This document shows, in pieces, positions 43,301 to 49,887 of a DNA stretch of 49,887 nt. Each line of letters opens with the position of its first letter. Position 1 is the stretch's first letter. The notes below the pieces were generated by a model. The model was given only the letters and a program-made list of their open reading frames with translations. It ran no database searches and was not told where the DNA came from. Origin of the DNA: Tardiphaga sp. (lineage in GTDB: Bacteria; Pseudomonadota; Alphaproteobacteria; Rhizobiales; Xanthobacteraceae); assembly GCA_040512975.1 (NCBI GenBank), contig JBEVEC010000153.1, positions 1 to 49,887 on the forward strand, given 5' to 3'. The position numbers and the translations under genes are program-made.

Positions 43301-46147
43301 GCGGACTCGATCCTGGCCAGCACGCGCAACGTCCAGGCGTCGCTGATTGACGCCTCGACCGAAGCCGCCAACCACGTCCGCACCCTAGCGGCCGAGATGG
43401 AGCGCAGCCTGACCACGGCCGGCGCCACCACCGCCGAATCGATCGTGGCCGGCGCGCGGGAAGCGCAGACCACTTTGCTGTCGACGTCGTCGGAAACCGC
43501 CGCCCAGGTCATGGCGCTCGCCGCCGATATGGAACGCAGCCTCACCACGGCTGGCTCCTCGGCCGCGGATTCGATCGTGGCCGGCGCTCGCGAGGCGCAG
43601 TCCACCCTGGTCAACGCCTCGTCGGATGCCGCCCAGCACGTCAAGTCGCTCGCGGCCGATGTCGAGCACAGCGTCACCGCGGCCGGCGCCTCGGCGGCGG
43701 CCTCCATCGTGGCCGGCGCCCGCGAGGCGCAGACGACGCTGGTCAACGCTTCGTCGGATGCGGCCCAGCACGTCAGGTCGCTCGCGATCGACGTGGAGCG
43801 CAGCGTTACCGCGGCCGGCTCGTCGGCGGCGGACTCGATCATGTCCGGCGCGCGCGAGGCCCAGTCCACGCTGGTGAACGCGTCGTCCGACGCAGCCAAC
43901 CACGTCAAGTCGCTCTCCGAAGACGTCGAGCGCGCGCTGACCGCGGTCGGCGCCGATACGGCGGCGGCGATCCTCACCAGCGCCCGCGACGTCCAGACCT
44001 CGCTGGCGACCTCGTCGGCCGATGCGGCGAACCAGATCAAGTCGATCTCCGCAGATGTCGAGCGCGCGCTGTTGCACGTCACCGCCAGCACCACCGACAA
44101 TATCCACGTCAGCGCCGTCAACGCGCAGAACGCGCTGGTCGCCGCCTCGAACGAAGTCTCCACCAAGATCAAGACCACCTCGTCGGAGATCGAGCGTTCG
44201 GTCTTCGCTGCGTCGGGCTCGTTCGGCACGACGATGACGGCGAAGACCGACGAGATCGTCTCTTACGTGCAGCAGCAGACCGACCGTCTGTCGCAGTTGG
44301 TCGACAGCAAGCGCGGTTCGCTGGTCGAAGCGATCGGCAGCAAGGCCACGCAGTTCACGGTCGACATCGACCGCGTCACCGCGGCCGCCCTCAAGGCGAT
44401 CGAAACCCGCGGCCAGACCTTCTCGCAGACCATGCTGACCTCGAGCAGCGACGTGGCGCGCTCGATCACCACCGCCGGCGAACTCGCCTCGGGCGCCGTC
44501 AACAAATCGCTGAAGGACCTCGAGCAGACCTCGCGCGCGGCCATCGAACAGTCACGCCAGGTGTCGATCACCGCGGTCACCGAAATGCAGGAGACCAGCA
44601 AGATCCTGCGCACCGACACGGTGGCGCTGTTCGAGCGCCTGCGCGAAGGCAACATCCTGCTGCAGGAAGTCCTCACCGGCGCCCACGACAACCTCAACTC
44701 GCTGGAGCGCGCGCTGGTGACCCGCGTGGCGGACTTCGTGTCCACCATGAACGACGTGACGTCGCGCAATGGTGTCGCCACTCAGGCGCTGGAGGACCAG
44801 CTCACGGTGTTCACCGGCAAGACCTCGCGCGCCCTGGAAGACCTGGGCTCGCTGTCGACCCAGTTCGAGAGCCACGGCCGTGCGCTGGAAGACGCCGCGA
44901 CCCTGGTCGAGCAGAGCAACCGCGCCACCATGTCCTCGGTCGGCGACCGCAAGGCGGCGCTGGAAGCGCTGGTCGACAGCATCGACACGCGCACCACCGA
45001 TCTCGATCACCGGCTCAACCGCTTCACCGGCCTGCTCGATGAATCGCTGGCCGCCGCCGAAGAGCGCGCCCGCGACATCGCGCGCGTCGTGGCCGAGACC
45101 GCCGGCGCCGGCTCGTCGGCGATCAGCCGGCAGTTCGAAGCTGTGCGCAGCGCGGCCGAGGAGGAGCGCCGCCTGACCTCGCAGGCCATGAGCGAGATCT
45201 ATCAGCAGGGCACGTCGGAAGCGGATGCCATGTTCAAGCAGTCGGCCGAGAAATTCGCCGACCTCGTCGGCAGCATGAAGGCGATGGCCGCTGAGATGCA
45301 TGGCGAATTGGAGAACACCCGCAGCGAGTTGCGCCGCGGCGTGTTCGAGATGCCGCAGGAGGCCGCCGAGAGCACCGCGCAGATGCGCAAGGTGATCGTC
45401 GATCAGATCGAGGCGCTGGCCGAACTCAACCGCATCGTCGCCCGCCATGGCCGCGGCCTCGACGTGGTCGCGACCAACCGCCCGGCTGCGCGCCGCGAGG
45501 AAGAGCCTGTTGCGGCTGTCGTGACCGCGGAACGCGCCGAGCGTCCGGAGCGCGTCGAGCGGGCCGAGGTCCGCCCGGAAGCGGCCCGCCCCACGCCGCG
45601 CCGCGAAGCGCCGATCACCGCCGTGACCAGCCTGCCGATGCCGGATATCGGCGGTCCCGGCCCGCGCCGCTCCGAGGCGCCATCCATGGCGCCCCCCATT
45701 GCTGACCAGAGCCGTGACGGCTGGCTGTCGGAACTGCTCGGTCGCGCTGATGACGAGGAGCGCGAGCCTTTGCGCCGCGCGCCTGCCCCGCAGCCGCCGG
45801 CCGCCAGCGTCAATCCGCTGGAGTCTTTGTCGCTCGACATCAGCCGGCTGATGGACCGCAACCTGGCTGCCGAGATGTGGGACCGCTATCAGCGCGGCGA
45901 GCGCAAGGCCTTCAGCAAGCGGCTCTATACGCCCGCCGGCCAGAAGGCGTTCGACGAGGTCGCCCGAAAGTATCGCGGCGAGCGCGCCTTCAAGGGCACG
46001 GTGGATCGCTACATCACGGAGTTCGAGCGCCTGCTCGACGAAGTGGCCCGCGACGAACGCGGCCCCGCGGCACTGCGCGCGCACCTGACCTCGGAAACGG
46101 GCCTGGTGTACACGCTGCTGGCGCATGCCGCGGGACGGCTGGGGTAA
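40349..46147 (+). CDS. Giant membrane-anchored apolipoprotein-like repeat protein, probable GPR/RgsE polar growth protein homolog
   Basis: About 1930 aa with two N-terminal TM helices, long 11/22-residue amphipathic repeats and a Pro-rich linker. The C-terminal domain reads MWDRYQRGE...RLYT..GQ..FDE...VDRYITEFERLL. Homology recognised by eye. Confidence 0.75.
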   Translation: MANNTKKAKDPTEVALSAIQEALNISDLSGSEREAAAMRVDEAASAIRQPVGGFDDSGFDPRAALDRPAFDAVDDGRFQRRPANDDRETIGEILQAIQKGRPARNVYTLATLFAGVWVVGAGLLTVAFLPSLQALLGQGGGGTLALAGLAVLFFAPILLFYFLASLAWRGQEMRLIAQSMAQVAMRFSEPEGAASDSMVTVGQAIRREVAAMGDGVERAIARAGELETLVANEVSALERAYSDNEVRIRALLQDIAHQRDNLVGQAEQVRSAISGVQIDLRHDIALISDAIASRVDEVAKSITGALEERGEHITRSLGTAGDNMIIALGERGGDLLDRLEEASSETTRAVLDASERLTTSLNFKTGHVHDEFVDLADRVHEMLNERMDRITGDFEQRSASIVDRISERTEQVHDSLKNSSDSLLLELELRSGDLVSKIDDAGNRLATQILTSGDKAGESLDATVNTLVAKVASQTETAHDTLSLQMNAFDELVKEQGAELAERFSRDSGNLGALITKHISEFDRTVKTFGGEVVDRLGQRTQDISDTLKTYVDTFDARVASNVGGIGASLDGRLADFSTKFEDRVATLDTSLDGKIKSFDDTVEGRIRNLEETFDARAQSVTTTIDSRLENLANTLSQGANQAVDSVDGRLTHLATALTEGAVQAIHSIDDRLSYFTTSLTTGTSQAIAAIDGRISHVTDTIDSRTAHLADTIENRSALLADTFTARFQVAHDGMESRAGAIATDIETRVEQFEELLGSRIEAVAGRIETSGRTASEQLMARAEELSFGIKGHVDDAERSLTHLMVSTSQTIQAGARAAQESLISVSTDVGAQLKLTSADIESSLTAVGTTAASAIVTSAREAQTTLVSVSTETSLQVRSLSADVERTLTNAGSATSAALLSSAREVQTTLVTTTTDVTTQILSLSADVERTLTTVGTATADSVLSGARHAQTILVTASTDATQQVRSLAADVERTLIAAGSASADSILASTRNVQASLIDASTEAANHVRTLAAEMERSLTTAGATTAESIVAGAREAQTTLLSTSSETAAQVMALAADMERSLTTAGSSAADSIVAGAREAQSTLVNASSDAAQHVKSLAADVEHSVTAAGASAAASIVAGAREAQTTLVNASSDAAQHVRSLAIDVERSVTAAGSSAADSIMSGAREAQSTLVNASSDAANHVKSLSEDVERALTAVGADTAAAILTSARDVQTSLATSSADAANQIKSISADVERALLHVTASTTDNIHVSAVNAQNALVAASNEVSTKIKTTSSEIERSVFAASGSFGTTMTAKTDEIVSYVQQQTDRLSQLVDSKRGSLVEAIGSKATQFTVDIDRVTAAALKAIETRGQTFSQTMLTSSSDVARSITTAGELASGAVNKSLKDLEQTSRAAIEQSRQVSITAVTEMQETSKILRTDTVALFERLREGNILLQEVLTGAHDNLNSLERALVTRVADFVSTMNDVTSRNGVATQALEDQLTVFTGKTSRALEDLGSLSTQFESHGRALEDAATLVEQSNRATMSSVGDRKAALEALVDSIDTRTTDLDHRLNRFTGLLDESLAAAEERARDIARVVAETAGAGSSAISRQFEAVRSAAEEERRLTSQAMSEIYQQGTSEADAMFKQSAEKFADLVGSMKAMAAEMHGELENTRSELRRGVFEMPQEAAESTAQMRKVIVDQIEALAELNRIVARHGRGLDVVATNRPAARREEEPVAAVVTAERAERPERVERAEVRPEAARPTPRREAPITAVTSLPMPDIGGPGPRRSEAPSMAPPIADQSRDGWLSELLGRADDEEREPLRRAPAPQPPAASVNPLESLSLDISRLMDRNLAAEMWDRYQRGERKAFSKRLYTPAGQKAFDEVARKYRGERAFKGTVDRYITEFERLLDEVARDERGPAALRAHLTSETGLVYTLLAHAAGRLG

Positions 46148-46168
46148 GTTCGACCGTAGCGCGAATGC

Positions 46169-46200
46169 AAAAAGCGGAGGCAGTGATGCCTCCGCTTTTT
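46169..46200. terminator. Intrinsic terminator
   Basis: AAAAAGCGGAGGCA-GTGA-TGCCTCCGCTTTTT. Confidence 0.85.
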
Positions 46201-46242
46201 CATTGGCGCCGTTGTGATCGCAGGCGCCCTCCCAAGCACAAT

Positions 46243-46342
46243 GTCATCGCCCGGCTTGACCGGGCGACCCAGTATTTCAGAGCACTGATGTTCATCACCA
46301 ATGCCCTGGGATACTGGGTCACCCCTTTTCGCGGGTGATGAC
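46243..46342. repeat. 100-bp REP-doublet element, copy 1
   Basis: GTCATCGCCCGGCTTGACCGGGCGACCCAGTAT...ATACTGGGTCACCC..TTTCGCGGGTGATGAC. Confidence 0.88.
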
Positions 46343-46395
46343 GCAGTATGTGGGGTTGGGCCGCGCTTCAGCACCACGCCGGCGAACATTCGATC

Positions 46396-46776
46396 CTACG
46401 GCATGCGCTCGACGAGATGCGCGCGGGATGGGCCTGGGGCAAAACCATCGGCAAAGTACTGGGTCTCATGCGCGACCAGGCCGTCGCGGAATTGCATGAT
46501 GCTGACCACGTAGGACGGCACGCCGTCATAGGTCAGGGTGAATTCGCTGACCCAGAGATCGCCGCAGCCCGTGATCCGTCGCACCGTGAAGCGCTTGGCA
46601 TTGGGCTGAACCGTGCGGCTTTCCAGGATATTGTGCCGGCCGCGGATGCGTTCGCCGGACTGCGGATAATCCAACACGGCGTCGTCGTGATAGATGGCGT
46701 GCTCGGCGGCGAAGTCGTTGGCGTCGGATGCTTGCCAGTGGCGGTCGAGCGCGGCGCGTATGGTTTGATTATCCAT
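46396..46776 (-). CDS. SnoaL/NTF2-like protein
   Basis: EHAIYHDDAVLDYPQSGERIRGR and FRDGLVAHETQYF. Confidence 0.85.
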   Translation of the reverse strand: MDNQTIRAALDRHWQASDANDFAAEHAIYHDDAVLDYPQSGERIRGRHNILESRTVQPNAKRFTVRRITGCGDLWVSEFTLTYDGVPSYVVSIMQFRDGLVAHETQYFADGFAPGPSRAHLVERMP

Positions 46777-46808
46777 TGCGAGCTCCTGTGAGCCATCACA
46801 CACAAACT

Positions 46809-46908
46809 GTCATCGCCCGGCTTGACCGGGCGACCCAGTATTCCAGGGCGCTGATGTTCAACACGAATGCTCTGGAATACTGGGTCACCCGCTTTCGCGG
46901 GTGATGAC
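46809..46908. repeat. 100-bp REP-doublet element, copy 2 (direct repeat of 46243-46342)
   Basis: Same termini, same length and a similar spacer (CTGATGTTCA). Confidence 0.88.
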
Positions 46909-46927
46909 AGCTTCGTTTGAAACGATG

Positions 46928-47803
46928 CTAGCCGAAACCAATCCGCTGCACGAATTTTCGCGTCACGCCCACGTCGATATGCATCACGCCCGGCTTGTCG
47001 GCGAATTCGCCGTCGAAATCCACCGGGCTGGCATAACCGTGCCACGGCTCGATGCACAGGAACGGCGCGCCGGAGGGCTTCGACCACAGGCCCAGTTCGC
47101 GAAACCCTTCCCAGGCGATGTCGATGGTCGGGCCGCCCGGCCCGCTATAGCTCAGCGCCTGGCTCGCGGGATGGTCGAGGATCATCGCGTCTTTCGTGAA
47201 CAGCGACTCCGACAGCGCCAGTGCCCCGCCCTGCACCGGCGACGGCTCGGACCCTGGCAGCAGCAGCCCATCATCGAGGCGACGGATCGGCGCAGGCTCG
47301 GCCGCGTCGAAAATGATGCTGTGCGCCCGCTTGTCGCCGCCGTCGACCAGCGGCCATTTGAACGCCGGATGGGCGCCGATCGAGGCCGGCAGCATCTCGT
47401 CGCCGGTGTTGGTGATGGCGTAGCCGATCACCAGCGTGTCGTGGTCGATGGCAAAATTCACGTCGAGCCGGAACGCGAACGGATACTTGGCGCGCATCGT
47501 GTCGTTGTCCTGCAGTGACAGCGCGCAGGACAGCGGCGACTGCGCGGCCCAGGTGAAGCGCTGGTCGCGCGCAAAACCGTGCTGGGTCATGGCATAGCTC
47601 TGGCCGCGATGGCGCAGCACGTCGCCCTTGAGGCGGCCGACGATGGGAAACAGGATCGGCGCGTGGCGCGGCCATTCGGGGCCGGCCTGCCACATCACCT
47701 CGTTGCCGTGGATGTTCTTGAGCGAACAGAGCTCGGCGCCGTCGGCCTTGATGGTCGCGGTGACGCGGCCATTGCTGATGGTGAAACGATCCTCGGTCTC
47801 CAT
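46928..47803 (-). CDS. Aldose 1-epimerase family protein (LacX-like)
   Basis: GAELCS, APILFPIVG, QHGFARD, GAHPAF and FLCIEPW motifs. Confidence 0.9.
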   Translation of the reverse strand: METEDRFTISNGRVTATIKADGAELCSLKNIHGNEVMWQAGPEWPRHAPILFPIVGRLKGDVLRHRGQSYAMTQHGFARDQRFTWAAQSPLSCALSLQDNDTMRAKYPFAFRLDVNFAIDHDTLVIGYAITNTGDEMLPASIGAHPAFKWPLVDGGDKRAHSIIFDAAEPAPIRRLDDGLLLPGSEPSPVQGGALALSESLFTKDAMILDHPASQALSYSGPGGPTIDIAWEGFRELGLWSKPSGAPFLCIEPWHGYASPVDFDGEFADKPGVMHIDVGVTRKFVQRIGFG

Positions 47804-47840
47804 CAGCATTCTCCAGGTCTGCGTTGATGCAGCAAGCGGC

Positions 47841-48776
47841 CTAGCGACGACGCCGGCGCTCCGGCACCGGGTCGGCCGGCGGCGCAACCGGCGGCGGCGA
47901 TGCCGCGGCAGGCGCCGGTGTACTCCCGCTGCCGGCACCGAACAACAGCCGCGTCGGATTGCGGTCGAGATTGTTCACGGCGCGGCTGATGTCGCCCAGC
48001 GTACGCCGGCCGTCGAGCATCAGCGCGCCGGAGCGCTTGTCGAGATTCTCGGTCAATTCATGGAAGGATTTCACGGCAGCCGTCAATTCGCCGCCATCCT
48101 TGCCGCCGGCCAGCGCGTCGAGGCCGAGCAGGATATTGTCGGTGCGCGCTACCACCGTGTTGGCCTTGCCCATGACGCCGTCGGCCTTGCCCATCACGCT
48201 GTCGATCTTCAGCATGATGGCGTCGATGACCTCGGAATTCTTGGCCAGCGTCGCGGTGAACACCTCGACGTTCTTCATGGCGCCTTTCAGCGTCTCCTGA
48301 TTGTCGGCCACCAGACGGTTGACGTTGTTGAGCGTGGCACGGATCGATTCCGAGATGTCGCGCAGCAATTCCGGATCGGCGGTGAGGACCGGGATGCCGT
48401 CGGTGTCGAGCGGCACCGGCGGCGCGGCTTCGTCGCCGCCCTTCAGGGCGATCGCCGCCACACCCGTCAGGCCCTGGAATTCAAGGCCGACCTGAGTGTC
48501 CTTGCGGATCGGCGCGACGTTCTCGACCATCGCCAGCGCCACCACGCGCTTGGGATTGTCGAGCTTGACCGAGACGACCTCGCCGACCCGGATGCCGTTG
48601 AAGTTGACGTTGCCGCCGTTGCGCAGGCCCGAGGCGGCGCCTTCGAAGACGATGCGCAGCGGCGTGCGCGCCTTGGTCGAATGCAGGTTCTGAAACCACA
48701 GCACGAAGCCGAACGCGGCAGCGATCACCGCCAGCGTAAAGGTTCCTATCAGGACGAAATTCGCCCGCGTTTCCAT
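47841..48776 (-). CDS. MlaD/MCE family substrate-binding protein
   Basis: N-terminal anchor, MCE motif ASGLRNGGNVNFNGIRVGEV and GLTG, then a helical tail. Confidence 0.92.
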   Translation of the reverse strand: METRANFVLIGTFTLAVIAAAFGFVLWFQNLHSTKARTPLRIVFEGAASGLRNGGNVNFNGIRVGEVVSVKLDNPKRVVALAMVENVAPIRKDTQVGLEFQGLTGVAAIALKGGDEAAPPVPLDTDGIPVLTADPELLRDISESIRATLNNVNRLVADNQETLKGAMKNVEVFTATLAKNSEVIDAIMLKIDSVMGKADGVMGKANTVVARTDNILLGLDALAGGKDGGELTAAVKSFHELTENLDKRSGALMLDGRRTLGDISRAVNNLDRNPTRLLFGAGSGSTPAPAAASPPPVAPPADPVPERRRRR

Positions 48777-48781
48777 CCAAC

Positions 48782-49591
48782 CTACTCCGCCACCGAACCG
48801 ACAACCGCGCGCGCGCGCTTGCCATGGAAATATTCTCTGAGCCAGGGGTGCTGCGACGCCAGCATGTCGGCCATCGTGCCCTGCGCGATGATCTTGCCGC
48901 TGCCAAGAACGGCAATGCGATCGCAGGCGGTATGCAGGCTGTCGAGATCATGGGTTACCATGAAAACCGTAAGCCCCAAAGTTCGCTGCAGCGTGCGCAC
49001 CAGATCGTCGAAATCGCCGGCGCCGATCGGGTCAAGGCCCGAGGTCGGCTCGTCGAGAAACACGATCTCCGGATCGAGCGCGAGCGCACGCGCCAGCGCC
49101 ACGCGCTTGATCATGCCGCCCGACAGTTCCGACGGATAGCGCTCGGCGACCTCGGGCTTCAGGCCGACCATGGCGAGCTTGGCCATGGTGATCTCGTCGA
49201 GCAGCCGCGGCGACACTTTCAGATATTCGCGCACCGGAAACTGGATGTTCTGTCGCACCGTCAGCGACGAGAACAGCGCGCCATGCTGGAACAGGATGCC
49301 CCAGCGCCGCTCGACGCCGCGCCGTGCCTTGTCGTGGCCGTCGAGATCCGTGCCGAACACCTCGATGGTGCCCGCCATTTTCGGCATCAGCCCGATGATG
49401 GTGCGCATCAGCACCGACTTGCCGGCGCCGGACGCGCCGACGAAGCCGAGGATCTCGCCGCGCCGGACGTCGAGATCGAGGCCGTCGAGCACGCGGCGGC
49501 TGCCGAACGCCACCGTGAGGTCGCGCACGCGGATGATGGCCTCGGCGTTTTCGTCGGGCGCCGTCGTCGGCATGGGATCGACCGCGGTCAT
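48782..49591 (-). CDS. ABC ATP-binding protein (MlaF/Mkl family)
   Basis: Walker A GASGAGKS, signature LSGGM, DEPTSGLDP and VTHD. Confidence 0.93.
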   Translation of the reverse strand: MTAVDPMPTTAPDENAEAIIRVRDLTVAFGSRRVLDGLDLDVRRGEILGFVGASGAGKSVLMRTIIGLMPKMAGTIEVFGTDLDGHDKARRGVERRWGILFQHGALFSSLTVRQNIQFPVREYLKVSPRLLDEITMAKLAMVGLKPEVAERYPSELSGGMIKRVALARALALDPEIVFLDEPTSGLDPIGAGDFDDLVRTLQRTLGLTVFMVTHDLDSLHTACDRIAVLGSGKIIAQGTMADMLASQHPWLREYFHGKRARAVVGSVAE

Positions 49592-49592
49592 A

Positions 49593-49887
49593 TCAGATCC
49601 CGATCGTCGCAAAGAAGATTGCGAACACGCCGTCCATGACGATCACGAAGAAGATCCCCTTCACCACCGACGAGGTGGTGTGCTGGCCGAGCGACTCCGC
49701 ACTACCTTCGACGGCAAGGCCCTCGACGCAGGCGACGATGCCGATCACCAGCGCCATCACCGGCGCCTTCACCATGCCGACGATGAAGTGATTGATGGAG
49801 ATCGCCTCACGCAACCGCGACAGGAACGAGCTGGGATCGACGCCGCCATAGACCCAGGCCACGAGCCCGCCGCCATACAGCGCGGCC
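49593..49887 (-). CDS. MlaE family ABC permease (5' part outside the window)
   Basis: GMVKAPV...GLAVEGSAESLGQHTTSSVV. Confidence 0.9.
   Translation of the reverse strand, partial: AALYGGGLVAWVYGGVDPSSFLSRLREAISINHFIVGMVKAPVMALVIGIVACVEGLAVEGSAESLGQHTTSSVVKGIFFVIVMDGVFAIFFATIGI

Noticed and set aside
42734-44185. Periodic DNA as a CRISPR array or non-coding repeat
   Set aside because: The repeats are in-frame, degenerate at synonymous positions and have no unique spacers. No cas genes are present.

Overview
GC-rich chromosomal window that looks like Nitrobacteraceae/Bradyrhizobiaceae (Hyphomicrobiales), judged from gene order, large flagellins and REP families. About 1-28.4 kb is the polar/subpolar flagellar cluster: fliM(partial)-fliL, flgFGAH, a ~7 kb accessory insert, dksA, fliX, flgI-flgJ-flgN-like, two small unknown genes, flaF-flbT, two ~750-aa flagellins and flgL-flgK-flgE. 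It carries readable sigma54, IHF, ftr-like and CtrA sites. The rest is housekeeping, stress and envelope genes: Tat-MsrB, FAD oxidoreductase, SixA, USP, YciF-like ferritin, YbhN-like, SGNH hydrolase, DUF2147, MXKDX peptide, thioesterase, ferredoxin, HPt, a GPR/RgsE-like giant repeat protein, SnoaL, aldose epimerase and an Mla/MCE ABC transporter. Several REP/MITE-like palindromes lie between genes. The most striking unexplained signal is at the RNA level. The leaders of two sigma54 flagellar operons (flgF, flgI) display UGGGAG hairpin loops. The 3' UTR of the flgFGAH operon displays three exactly complementary CUCCC(A/C) motifs, two of them in hairpin loops. This suggests a loop-loop (kissing) RNA circuit. 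All calls were made by eye, and no searches were run.
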